Shown here: positions 52,139-61,204 of the stretch, piece after piece
Layout: each line of letters begins with the position of its first letter
Numbering within the stretch: position 1 is the first letter of the stretch
Source: Gaiellaceae bacterium
GTDB lineage: Bacteria > Actinomycetota > Thermoleophilia > Gaiellales > Gaiellaceae
Length of the DNA stretch: 64,000 bases
Direction: 5' to 3'
Assembly (NCBI GenBank): GCA_035653435.1
Contig: DASRBY010000029.1
Location: forward strand, 79,979-143,978
Position numbers and translations under genes: made by a program
The notes under the pieces: model-generated
Database searches by the model: none
Told to the model about the DNA's origin: nothing
Seen by the model: only the letters and a program-made list of their open reading frames with translations

Positions 52139-52650
52139 GGCTTGCCTGGCAGTTCGTGCGGCCAGCGACGGCGGCCACGGTGGTGCTGGCGGTCCTGCTC
52201 GCGCTTCCGCAGGTCTCGACCTCGCGCGCGCTCGGGATCTGGGTCGTCCTCGTCGCGGCGCTCGTGCTCCTCGTGCTCCTCCAGCACTCACGCGAACGCG
52301 GCCGGCCGAGGCGTCCCGCTCGCTTCGAGGAGGCGCTCCGAGGGCGAAGCGCCGCTGACCCGGAGCCCGTGGAGCTCCGGCGGATGGAGCGAGAGCTCGA
52401 GCTCGGGATCGCGAACGCGGAGCACGGGCATCGGCGCCTCCTGCCACTGCTGCGCGCCGCGGCGGCCGCGCACCTTTCTGCCAGGCACGGTCTCGACCTC
52501 GAGCGCCGGCCGGAAGCGGCACGCGCACTGCTCGGCGAGGACGCCTGGGAGCTGGTGCGCCCCGACCGGCCTGCGCCCGAGAACCGGCACGGGCCTGGCG
52601 TGCCGCGAGAGCGCATCGCCGCCCTGATCGAGCGGGTGGAGTCGTTGTGA
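52135..52650 (+). CDS. hypothetical two-TM membrane protein (MoxR-module associated)
   Basis: The GTG start overlaps the upstream stop (GTGA). It has two N-terminal hydrophobic helices and then an Arg/Glu-rich soluble region. Confidence 0.6.
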   Translation: MRLAWQFVRPATAATVVLAVLLALPQVSTSRALGIWVVLVAALVLLVLLQHSRERGRPRRPARFEEALRGRSAADPEPVELRRMERELELGIANAEHGHRRLLPLLRAAAAAHLSARHGLDLERRPEAARALLGEDAWELVRPDRPAPENRHGPGVPRERIAALIERVESL

Positions 52651-53624
52651 GCGAGCTGGCCCAGCTCCGCACGCGCGCCGATTCGATCCTCGCCGAGGTC
52701 GAGAGGGCCGTGGTGGGCAAGCGCGAGCCGCTCGAGCTGATCCTGGTCGCCCTGCTGAGCGACGGCCACGTGCTGCTCGAGGACTACCCCGGCCTCGCGA
52801 AGACGCTGATCGCCCGCTCGTTCGCCCAGGCGACCTCGCTCCGCTTCGCGCGCATCCAGTTCACCCCCGACCTGATGCCGGGCGACGTGACGGGCTCGCA
52901 GATCTTCGACCAGCGGACCACCGAGTTCGTCTTCCGCCCGGGCCCGGTCTTCGCCAACCTCCTGCTCGCCGACGAGATCAACCGCGCCCCGCCGAAGACC
53001 CAGGCCGCGCTGCTCGAGGCGATGCAGGAGCGGCAAGTGACGATCGAGAACACGACGCATCTTCTCGAGCCGCCGTTCCTCGTGCTCGCGACCCAGAACC
53101 CGATCGAGTACGAGGGGACGTATCCGCTGCCCGAGGCGCAGCTCGACCGGTTCCTCGTGCGCATCTCCATCGGCTATCCGGCGCGGGAGGACGAGATCGA
53201 GATGCTCGAGCGCCGCCTCGAGCGCGGCGTCGACGAGGTCGAGCTCGAGCCGGTCGTCGATGCCGCGACGCTCGTGGAGATGCAGCGGGCGCTCGAACAG
53301 GTGCACGTCTCGGACGCGATCGAGGGTTACGTCGTCGACCTCGTGACGGCGACGCGTGCGTCACAGCGGCTCGCAGTCGGGGCGAGCCCGCGCGGCAGCA
53401 TCGCCCTGGTCAAGCTGGCGCGCGCGAAGGCGGCGCTCTCGGGCCGCGACTTCGTCACGCCCGAGGACGTGAAGGCGGTGGCCGTGCCGGCGCTTGCGCA
53501 CCGGGTGATGGTGCGCCCCGAGCTCTGGGTGCAGCGGCTGCGCGGCGAGGACGTCGTGGCGGATGCACTCCAGACGGTGCCCACCCCGCCCGCCGAGGAC
53601 GCCGTGCGCACCGCGGAAGCGTGA
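52647..53624 (+). CDS. MoxR family AAA+ ATPase
   Basis: It reads HVLLEDYPGLAKT (Walker A variant typical of MoxR), LLADEINRAPPKTQAALLEAMQE and ATQNPIEYEGTYPLPEAQLDRF. The GTG start overlaps the upstream stop (GTGA). Confidence 0.92.
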   Translation: MSELAQLRTRADSILAEVERAVVGKREPLELILVALLSDGHVLLEDYPGLAKTLIARSFAQATSLRFARIQFTPDLMPGDVTGSQIFDQRTTEFVFRPGPVFANLLLADEINRAPPKTQAALLEAMQERQVTIENTTHLLEPPFLVLATQNPIEYEGTYPLPEAQLDRFLVRISIGYPAREDEIEMLERRLERGVDEVELEPVVDAATLVEMQRALEQVHVSDAIEGYVVDLVTATRASQRLAVGASPRGSIALVKLARAKAALSGRDFVTPEDVKAVAVPALAHRVMVRPELWVQRLRGEDVVADALQTVPTPPAEDAVRTAEA

Positions 53625-54883
53625 CCGGCTTCACGTCGTGGCGGCTGCCGGCGTACGCCTCGCTCGCAGCCGCGGGAGTCGTCGCGGGCCTCGCTCTCGG
53701 CCGGGTCGAGCCGGTGGCCCTCGCTGCCCCGTTCCTGCTCGCGCTCGTCGCTGCCGCGGCCGGCCACGACCCGGAGGTCTCGGTCCGGCTTCGCCTCGAC
53801 CGCGACCGCGCGCTCGAAGGCGACGAGGTCACGGCGACGATCGACCTGTTCTCGGCCGCCGACGTCGACCGCTTCGAAGTGGTGCTCCCGCTGCCGCCCG
53901 AGCTGAGCGTCGACGGAGGGCCCGCGCGCGCGGTCCGGCTTCAGGCGGGCGAGGCGCGGACGATCGAGCTGACGCTCTCGTGCGACCGGTGGGGGGCTTT
54001 CGCTCTCGGGCCCCTGCTCTTCCGGGCGCGGGACCTGCTCGGGCTTCGCTCCTGGGAGGGCGACGTAGGGAAAGCGCAACCGCTGCGCGTCTATCCGAGC
54101 GAGGAGACGATTCGCTCCCTCGTCGCGCCGCTCGACACGCAGGTCTTCGCGGGGAACCAGGTCTCGAGGGCGCGCGGGGAAGGAATCGAGTTCGCCGACC
54201 TCCGCGAGTGGCAACCGGGCGACCGGCTGCGGCGCGTCAACTGGCGCGCAACGGCGCTCCGCGGCGCGCTCTGGGTGAACGAGCAGCACCTCGAGCGGAA
54301 CACCGACGTCGTGCTCTTCCTCGACACGTTCGCCGAGGTGCGCGTCGAGGGACGGAGCACGAACGACCGCGCCGTGCGCGCAGCCGCGACGCTCGCACAC
54401 GGGTACCTGCAGCGCCGGGACCGCGTCGGCCTCGTCGGCTTCGGCGGCTTTCTCTCGTGGCTCGTGCCGGCATCCGGCACGCGGCAGCTCTACGCGATCG
54501 TCGACACGCTGCTGACGAGCAGCGTCGTGCACAGCTATGCGCTGCGCGACGTCGACGTACTCCCGCCGAGGACGCTTCCGCCGAAGGCGCTCGTGCTCGC
54601 GATCACCCCGCTGCTCGACAGCCGCACGGCCACCGCGCTCCTCGACCTGCGCGCGCGCGGCTACGACCTGATCGTGGTCGAGGTGTCCCCACTCGAGCTG
54701 CTCGTGCCGGATGCCGCCTCGGCGGCAGGGCTCGCCCACAGGTTGTGGCGCCTCCAGCGCGACGCCCTGCGGTGGCGCTACGAGCAGGTCGGCGTCCCGG
54801 TCGTGACGTGGCGCGAAGGCGTCCCGCTGGCCGTCCCGCTCGAGGAGGTGAACCAATTCAGGCATCTCGCCCGGCCCGCGTAG
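53621..54883 (+). CDS. DUF58 domain-containing protein (vWA-like, MoxR partner)
   Basis: It has N-terminal TM helices and the DUF58 signature REWQPGDRLRRVNWRATA. The GTG start overlaps the MoxR stop (GTGA). Confidence 0.88.
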   Translation: MTGFTSWRLPAYASLAAAGVVAGLALGRVEPVALAAPFLLALVAAAAGHDPEVSVRLRLDRDRALEGDEVTATIDLFSAADVDRFEVVLPLPPELSVDGGPARAVRLQAGEARTIELTLSCDRWGAFALGPLLFRARDLLGLRSWEGDVGKAQPLRVYPSEETIRSLVAPLDTQVFAGNQVSRARGEGIEFADLREWQPGDRLRRVNWRATALRGALWVNEQHLERNTDVVLFLDTFAEVRVEGRSTNDRAVRAAATLAHGYLQRRDRVGLVGFGGFLSWLVPASGTRQLYAIVDTLLTSSVVHSYALRDVDVLPPRTLPPKALVLAITPLLDSRTATALLDLRARGYDLIVVEVSPLELLVPDAASAAGLAHRLWRLQRDALRWRYEQVGVPVVTWREGVPLAVPLEEVNQFRHLARPA

Positions 54884-54954
54884 GAGCCGCCCTGGGAGCC
54901 TGCGCCGCGTACGGCGGCGTAATCGCCGACGCGCTTACCCGCGCTCCTTCGCCG

Positions 54955-55374
54955 GTGGCGGCGTTCGTGCCGGGCGCCGCGCTCGGGGGCATCGTGCTCG
55001 TGGCCTCGCTCCTCGTCGGCGGCTTCGGCCTCGGCGCCGCGCTCTTCCTCGCCGGGGGGACGTACGTGGCCGCAGTCGTCTCGGCCGGCCACGGAGTCGA
55101 CGCGAGCGCGCCGCTCGTGGCCGTGCTGCTGCTCCTCTCGGGTGAGCTCTCCGCGTGGTCGCTCGACGAGCGGTGGCGGATCCGTCCGGAGCAGCCCCTC
55201 TCGTGGCGCCGTGGCGCGGCCCTCGCCGCGCTGGCGCTCGGCGGCCTCGGGCTCGCTGCACTCGTGGTCGCACTGGCGGCGGTCCCGGCCGGCCACGGGC
55301 TAGCCCTGACCGCGGCGGGCGCGGCCGCCGCGGTCGGCGCGGCCGGAACCGGGATCTGGGTCGCGCGCCGCTAG
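54955..55374 (+). CDS. small polytopic membrane protein (start uncertain; frame open from the GTA at 54880)
   Basis: It has about 4 hydrophobic helices. The first canonical start is the GTG at 54955, but the reading frame is open back through a GTA codon (54880-54882) that overlaps the DUF58 TAG stop. Confidence 0.45.
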   Translation: MAAFVPGAALGGIVLVASLLVGGFGLGAALFLAGGTYVAAVVSAGHGVDASAPLVAVLLLLSGELSAWSLDERWRIRPEQPLSWRRGAALAALALGGLGLAALVVALAAVPAGHGLALTAAGAAAAVGAAGTGIWVARR

Positions 55375-55415
55375 CCGCGGCCGGGCTCGACGCAGCCCGG
55401 ACGTATATTCGTGAA

Positions 55416-55793
55416 GTGAGGTCTCTGCCGCTTCTCCTCGCGGTGGCCGCGCTGCTGGGCGGCCTCACGGGCTGCGGTTCGTCCCAGCCCAAGGGGGTCA
55501 ACTTCCACTCCGCCGGTGGCCGCTACACGGTCACGCAGGTCGAGGCGGCCTTCGCTGCGCAGGGGATCCGGCTGCGCCTGGCCCACGAGCAGCTTCCCGG
55601 CGAGGTCGTCCTCCACGGCGGGCCGAAGGGGCCGCATCTGGTCACCGTTCTCGTCGGGCTCTCGAACGGCCACGTCGGCCCGATGCCGGCCGAGGGGAGC
55701 GGCCAGCGCGTTCAGACCCACGGGAACGTCCGCGTCTCGTTCGATTCCTCCCACGTCCAGGCGGTCACGAGCGCCGTGGCCCGGCTCCACTGA
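55416..55793 (+). CDS. putative lipoprotein
   Basis: It has a GTG start and a signal peptide with a lipobox (LLLAVAALLGGLTGC). Confidence 0.65.
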   Translation: MRSLPLLLAVAALLGGLTGCGSSQPKGVNFHSAGGRYTVTQVEAAFAAQGIRLRLAHEQLPGEVVLHGGPKGPHLVTVLVGLSNGHVGPMPAEGSGQRVQTHGNVRVSFDSSHVQAVTSAVARLH

Positions 55794-55815
55794 TCCGGAT
55801 GCTGCCGCGCCGTTG

Positions 55816-56595
55816 TCAAGCCGGGATGCTGACGACCTGCTGGATCATGCCGCCGTCCATGACGTAGCTCGAGCCGGTCACGTACGCCGCTTCCTCCGAG
55901 CAGAGCCAGGCGACGAGCGCCGCCACCTCCTCCGGCTTCCCGGGCCGGCCGAGCGGCACCTCGGGATCGAGCCGCTCCGCGTCCGCCACGTTGCGCGGAG
56001 TCGCGATCACGCCCGGCGCGACAGAGTTGACGCGGATCCCGTACTGCGCGAGCTCGAGGGCGAGGTTGCGGCTCAGCATCCCGAGCGCAGCCTTCGCCGC
56101 CGCGTAGACCGCGAAGTCGGCCCGCGGGATGTGCTCGTGGACGGACGTGATGTTCACGATCGACCCGCCGTGCTCCATCATCCTCCGGGCCGCCGCCTGC
56201 GCTGCCAGGAAGCTGCCGCGCACGTCGACGTCGAAGGTGAGGTCGAAGTCGTCGACGGTCAGCTCGAAGAACGGCTTCGCGGTCGAGAGGCCGGCGTTGT
56301 TGACGAGCGCGTCGAGGCGTCCGAAGGTCTCCTCCGTCCCGGCGACGAGCCGCTCGGGCACCTCGGGGTCGGCGATGCTGCCCCAGACCCAGTGGATCCG
56401 GTCTTCGCCGAACCGCTTCTGCAGGTCGGCGAGCGGGCCTTCGTGCCGCTCCTCGTTGTCCTGCGTCGCGTAGCCGAGCTTCCAGCCGTCGGCGAGAAGC
56501 CGCTCGGCGATCGCGAGCCCGATCCCGGTGTTCGCCCCCGTCACGATGGCGACCCGATCGGCCACGGAGGACTTCTTCCCCGCACTCTCGGCCAC
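55816..56595 (-). CDS. SDR family oxidoreductase
   Basis: Motifs TGANTGIGLAIA (TGxxxGxG), NNAG and YAAAKAAL (YxxxK) are present. The GTG start shares one base with the upstream TAG (TAGTG). An alternative GTG lies at 56565. Confidence 0.85.
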   Translation of the reverse strand: MAESAGKKSSVADRVAIVTGANTGIGLAIAERLLADGWKLGYATQDNEERHEGPLADLQKRFGEDRIHWVWGSIADPEVPERLVAGTEETFGRLDALVNNAGLSTAKPFFELTVDDFDLTFDVDVRGSFLAAQAAARRMMEHGGSIVNITSVHEHIPRADFAVYAAAKAALGMLSRNLALELAQYGIRVNSVAPGVIATPRNVADAERLDPEVPLGRPGKPEEVAALVAWLCSEEAAYVTGSSYVMDGGMIQQVVSIPA

Positions 56596-58082
56596 TAATC
56601 GACCGCGGCGCTCGGCGGCTGGACGCGGGTCTCCTCCTCCGGCTCGGGCAGCTCTCGCGGCGCGGTGGCACGAAGCCTCCCCACGAGGGCGGCGAGCCCG
56701 AGCGCGCCGGCAGGCGGGACCAGGATCAAGGCGGGCAGCTGATAGCGCCAGGAGAACTGGTTCACGGCGGCGGCCGTCGCGAGCACGAGGAACGCCGCGC
56801 CGAAGAAGAGGAAGCAGGCGGAGCGCAGTCCCGAGCGCCTCGCCGGGCCCAGGCCCACCGCGCCGAGCAGGCCGAGGACGAGCGCGACGGCCAGCAGCGG
56901 TCCGGGGGTGTAGCCGAAGCGCTGGTACGAGCGGAGGAAGGACGCGAGCGAGCCGTCCACGTGCGGGCGTTCGTGGCGGCGGGCCATGAGCTCCAGCGAG
57001 CGCCCGTAGACGGGATAGTGATCCTGGAACTGCCACCGCCCGACCGGGACCTCGCCCTTGCGCGTCGTCCGAGTCGGGGCGAAGCCGCGGACGAAGCTCG
57101 CCTCGACCGCATGCGCGTAGGTCAGAGGCTGGTGGAGGATGACCCGCTTCGCGAAGTTGCCGGCCACCTGCGATCTGGCGACCTGCGACACCTTGCCGCG
57201 GGCGAGCGAGGGAGGCACGCGGAGCCGGAAGATCGGCGACTCCTTCCGCGACCAGGAGAACGCCTCGATCGACGGCCTCTGCCCCACCGGCTGCTTCGGG
57301 CAGAGCACTCGCTCGTAGGCGGGCAGCGAGAGCGTGCGGCAGTCGGCGAACGGCGCCACGCGTGCGTAGAGGAAGTGCCCGCTGTAGCCGTTGAGCGCGT
57401 ACACCCCGTAGAGCGACTGGAACCACGCCGCGTAGAGCGCGAGCGGCAGCGCGAACGCCGCGCCAAGCGCGACCAGCCTCGCGAAGACGGCGCGCCACGT
57501 CAGCCCCGTCCGCAGCAGGAGCACGACAAGCACCGCCGGGACGACGACGAGCAGCGAGACGGAACGTGTGAGCGTCGCGCCCGCGAGCGCGAGCCCGGCG
57601 AGGCCGGCGGCGAAGATCGCGGGCCGGCGGCGCCAGAGCAGCAGCACGACCCCGGCCAGCAGCAGCGCCTCGAACAGGGTCTCGGTCAGGATCTGCTGCT
57701 CGAGATCGAGCTGCATCGCATCGAGCAGCACGGGCGCGGTCGCGAGCGCCGCGAGCCAGCGGGTGACGTCGAGCCGCACGAGCAGCGCATAGATCGCGAT
57801 CGCCATGGCGAGGCCCAGCAGGTGCTGGACGAGCGGGACGACCCAGAGCCCGGCACCGAGCGGGAGGATGCGGAGGAAGACGGGATAGCCGAGCGGCCGC
57901 ACCAGCTCGGGCTTGAGGTGCGCCTCGTTCTCCAGGTAGCCGATCGAGTCGATGTAGATGAGCGCCGGCCGGTAGGCGAGCGACGTCACCACCCGGAGGG
58001 CGATTCCGGCGGAGAGCAGGAGCGCGAAGAGCCAGTGGCGGCCGAGCGTCCGCAGCGCGGGCGCCGCGTCCGGCACGCTCAC
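56595..58082 (-). CDS. polytopic membrane protein, GT-C-like (PMT_2/ArnT-like) lipid-carrier-dependent glycosyltransferase candidate
   Basis: A roughly 495-aa protein with many TM helices, an acidic first external loop (LIYIDSIGYLENE), and a large loop of about 130 aa before the last helices. The GTG at 58082 overlaps the upstream stop (GTGA). The family call rests on topology and motifs only. Confidence 0.65.
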   Translation of the reverse strand: MSVPDAAPALRTLGRHWLFALLLSAGIALRVVTSLAYRPALIYIDSIGYLENEAHLKPELVRPLGYPVFLRILPLGAGLWVVPLVQHLLGLAMAIAIYALLVRLDVTRWLAALATAPVLLDAMQLDLEQQILTETLFEALLLAGVVLLLWRRRPAIFAAGLAGLALAGATLTRSVSLLVVVPAVLVVLLLRTGLTWRAVFARLVALGAAFALPLALYAAWFQSLYGVYALNGYSGHFLYARVAPFADCRTLSLPAYERVLCPKQPVGQRPSIEAFSWSRKESPIFRLRVPPSLARGKVSQVARSQVAGNFAKRVILHQPLTYAHAVEASFVRGFAPTRTTRKGEVPVGRWQFQDHYPVYGRSLELMARRHERPHVDGSLASFLRSYQRFGYTPGPLLAVALVLGLLGAVGLGPARRSGLRSACFLFFGAAFLVLATAAAVNQFSWRYQLPALILVPPAGALGLAALVGRLRATAPRELPEPEEETRVQPPSAAVD

Positions 58083-58990
58083 GGGCGTGGTGCGGCGGCG
58101 GCCTCCACGCTGGGTGTCGGCCGCCCGAGGAAGACGAGCACGACGAGCTCGGCGAGGACGGTGACGAGGCGCAGGATGATTGCTGCTGCAGTCGCCTCGC
58201 CGTGCGAGACGATGCCGGCGAGAAGTGCGACGTAGGTGACCTCGCGCACGCCGACGCCGCTCGGCGCGATCACGACCACCAGCCCCACACCCCAGGCGAT
58301 CCCGGCGGCGCCCGCCACCGCGAACGCGCTCCCCCAGCCGGAAAGGGCTCCCTGGACGAGCACCGCGGAGGCGACGTAGGCGACGAACGCTGCCGTGTCG
58401 TTGGCCGTCACGCGGAAGAGGCGCGTCCGCGTCAGCCGCGAGCGGCGCTCGACGAGCGGAGAAGCGACCGCGGGCAGGGCGAGCAGGAGCGCGAACGGGA
58501 CCCAGACCGGGCTGCCCCCGATCGTGAATGCGATACCGCCGACGGCCAGCGAGGCGCAAAGCGCGAGCACGTTCTCGGCGCCCACGGTGGACACTCGATC
58601 GAAGACGGTGCCGTGAATGAGCGTTGCGCGCGACACAGGCGCCCAGATGCCACCGGGGAGGTAGCGGATCGCCTGCGTCCGGCACCAGACGCTCAGGTCC
58701 TTCCTCTGCGTCACGCCCTCGACGAGCAGGGCCCAGCCGCGCGCCAGCAGCGCCCACCAGACGAGCGCCGCAGCGACCGCTCCGACCAGCAGCCAGGGGT
58801 CGACCTTCGAGAGATCGGCCGCCCGCACGTACCGGACGGTCATGAACGCGACGATCCCGAGCGCGACGACGAAGGCGACGACGCGGAGGATGGGCAGGTA
58901 CCGGGAGACCCAGCCGGTGAGCGGCTCCAGCCGGGCCCGCAACGGCAGCCGGACGGCCAGCTCCTCCGCGGTGCCGGCGTCTTCCGTCAC
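58079..58990 (-). CDS. UPF0104 / lysylphosphatidylglycerol-synthase-TM (flippase-like) family membrane protein
   Basis: A roughly 303-aa protein with about 8 TM helices, whose layout resembles the MprF flippase-type domain. The GTG at 58990 overlaps the GT2 stop (GTGA). The family call is by eye. Confidence 0.65.
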   Translation of the reverse strand: MTEDAGTAEELAVRLPLRARLEPLTGWVSRYLPILRVVAFVVALGIVAFMTVRYVRAADLSKVDPWLLVGAVAAALVWWALLARGWALLVEGVTQRKDLSVWCRTQAIRYLPGGIWAPVSRATLIHGTVFDRVSTVGAENVLALCASLAVGGIAFTIGGSPVWVPFALLLALPAVASPLVERRSRLTRTRLFRVTANDTAAFVAYVASAVLVQGALSGWGSAFAVAGAAGIAWGVGLVVVIAPSGVGVREVTYVALLAGIVSHGEATAAAIILRLVTVLAELVVLVFLGRPTPSVEAAAAPRP

Positions 58991-59880
58991 GGCCGGGCCT
59001 CGCGCGTCGCCGCGCTTCTTGAGCGGCGCTCGCGCAGCCACGTTCGCACGATAACGCGCGCGTACCGGAACCCGTACAGCAGGTTGGCGCCTTTCTTGCT
59101 CTCGCCGGCGATCCGGAGGTGATGGGACACCGGCCGCTCCGTCACGCGATAGCCGCGGCAGATCGCGCCGATGAGCAGCTCCGACGTCTGGTACTGCACC
59201 TGCTCCTGGCGGACCGTCTGCGTAACCTCGGGGCGGAGCGCGCGGAGCGCGCTCGACGTGTCCGTGACGCGCACGCCGGTGAGCAGCCGGATGAGGGCGG
59301 CGAACAGCCGCACGCCGGCGCGGCGCACCAGGTCGTCTCCGTCGTCGCTGCCGAGCACGCGCGAGCCGATCACGAAGTCGGCCTCGTCGTCGACGAGCGG
59401 CTGGAGCACGGTCGGGATGTCGGCCGGATCCCACTCGCCGTCGGCGTCGAGCGTGACGATGTAGCGCGCGCCGTGGCGGGACGCGAGCTCGTAGCCGAGG
59501 CGAAGCGCGACTCCGTGGCCGCAGTTGCGCCGCAGCGTCGCCACGCGCGCGCCGTGCCGCTGCGCGACGTCGGTCGTGCGGTCGCCGCTGCCGTCGTCGA
59601 CGACGATCGTCTCCACCGCGAGCCCGCACGCCTCCGCGGCGATCCCGTCGAGCACGTGCCCGATCGCCTCCTCCTCGTCGTAGGCCGCGATCACGACCGT
59701 GACGGGCGCCAACCGGAGGTCGGGGTAGCGCTCGTCGAACTCCCGCAGGGCCTCGGCCCGCACCTCGGGCACGTACGGCCGCAGAGTCGTCGCAACTCCG
59801 CCCGGCTGAGGCTCGGCCGCCACGCCGTGGCGCTCTTCCTGCTCGCTCACGACTACGCCCGGCGGGGACGACTCGGTCAA
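58987..59880 (-). CDS. family 2 glycosyltransferase, DPM1/GtrB/ArnC-like (polyprenyl-phosphate glycosyltransferase candidate)
   Basis: It has VTVVIAAYDEEEAI, VVDDGSGDRT and the LDADGE (DxD) motif, with a basic amphipathic C-terminus. The TTG at 59880 overlaps the sqdB stop (TTGA). An alternative GTG lies at 59850. Confidence 0.85.
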   Translation of the reverse strand: MTESSPPGVVVSEQEERHGVAAEPQPGGVATTLRPYVPEVRAEALREFDERYPDLRLAPVTVVIAAYDEEEAIGHVLDGIAAEACGLAVETIVVDDGSGDRTTDVAQRHGARVATLRRNCGHGVALRLGYELASRHGARYIVTLDADGEWDPADIPTVLQPLVDDEADFVIGSRVLGSDDGDDLVRRAGVRLFAALIRLLTGVRVTDTSSALRALRPEVTQTVRQEQVQYQTSELLIGAICRGYRVTERPVSHHLRIAGESKKGANLLYGFRYARVIVRTWLRERRSRSAATREARP

Positions 59881-61115
59881 TGCGTCGATACCGCGGAAGA
59901 CTCCACGGCCGACGCTGCGGTCGCCGACGCGGCGACGAGACGCTCCGCCTGCTCCCTCGTCCAGGCCGACCGGCACGGGATCTTGTCGAGGTCGCACCGG
60001 TGCGCATACTTCGCCGCGATCTCGGTCACCTCGAGCAGGAGCTGGTCCTCCAGCGTGATCGGCTCGAGGCCGAGATCGAGCAGCCGGCGATTCTCGACGA
60101 CGAGGTCGTTCTCGCTCGCCTCGTTGCGCGGATTCTCGACGTGCTCGATCTCGGCGCCCGTCAGCCGCGAGACGAGCCTGGCGAGGTCGATCAGCCGGTG
60201 CTCCTCGGTCATCTGGTTGAAGATCCGCACGCGCTCGCCGTGCTCCGGCGGGTTCTCGACCGCGATCTGGATGCAGCGAACCGTGTCCTGGATATGGATG
60301 AACGCCCGCGTCTGGCCGCCGCTGCCGTGCACCGTGAGCGGATAGCCGATCGCGGCCTGCATCAGGAAGCGGTTGAGCACCGTCCCGTAGTCGCCGTCGT
60401 AGTCGAAGCGGTTGATCAGCTGCTCGGAGAGGCGGGTCTCCGCGGTTTGCGTGCCCCACACGATCCCCTGGTGGAGGTCGGTCACGCGCACCCGGTCGTT
60501 CTTGTTGTAGTAGGCGAAGATCAGCTGGTCCTGGGTCTTCGTCATGTGGTAGATGCTGCCGGGGTTGGCCGGGAAGAGGATCTCCTGCTCGAGATCCGGC
60601 CCGTCCTCGATCGGCACCTTGATACGGAGGTAGCCCTCGGGGATCTTCATCCCCGCGGCGCCGTACCCGTAGACGCCCATCGTGCCGAGGTGGACGACGT
60701 GGGTCTCGAGGCCGGCCTCGACGATCGCGGCGAGCAGGTTGTTCGTCGCGTTCAGGTTGTTCGAGACCGTGTAGCGCTTGTGCCACGAGCTCTTCATGGA
60801 GTACGGGGCGGCGCGCTGCTCCGCGAAGTGGACGACGGCGTCGGGCCGCAGGTCGGACAGGAGCTGGAGCAGCTCGGCGTAGTCCTGGGCGACGTCGATC
60901 CGGTGGAAGGCGATCTCCTCGCCGGTGAGCTCGCGCCATACGCGCAGCCGCGTGCCGAGGGGAGCGATCGGCGTCAGCGACGACGCCTCGAGCTCCACGT
61001 CGGCCTTGCGGCGCGCGAAGTTGTCGACGATCGAGACCCGGTGACCGAGCCGGGAGAGATGAAGGACGGTCGGCCACCCGCAAAAGCCGTCGCCGCCCAG
61101 CACGAGCACGTTCAT
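59877..61115 (-). CDS. sqdB: UDP-sulfoquinovose synthase (SQD1/SqdB/Agl3-like extended SDR)
   Basis: The sequence reads MNVLVLGGDGFCGWP...IVDNFARR...SLTPI...HFAEQRAAPYSM...LGTMGVYG...SIYHMTKTQD (Tyr-His...Lys)...NRFDYDGDYGTVLNRF...GGQTRAF. The ATG at 61115 is preceded by a GGAGGTGGAG RBS. Confidence 0.85.
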   Translation of the reverse strand: MNVLVLGGDGFCGWPTVLHLSRLGHRVSIVDNFARRKADVELEASSLTPIAPLGTRLRVWRELTGEEIAFHRIDVAQDYAELLQLLSDLRPDAVVHFAEQRAAPYSMKSSWHKRYTVSNNLNATNNLLAAIVEAGLETHVVHLGTMGVYGYGAAGMKIPEGYLRIKVPIEDGPDLEQEILFPANPGSIYHMTKTQDQLIFAYYNKNDRVRVTDLHQGIVWGTQTAETRLSEQLINRFDYDGDYGTVLNRFLMQAAIGYPLTVHGSGGQTRAFIHIQDTVRCIQIAVENPPEHGERVRIFNQMTEEHRLIDLARLVSRLTGAEIEHVENPRNEASENDLVVENRRLLDLGLEPITLEDQLLLEVTEIAAKYAHRCDLDKIPCRSAWTREQAERLVAASATAASAVESSAVSTH

Positions 61116-61204
61116 TTTGGCTTGCTCCACCTCCTGAAGGTCGTAGGACAGTAGCCGACCGAGCCGCCGGATCGACGCGCGTTCCGCCCCCAACCAGGCG
61201 GAGA

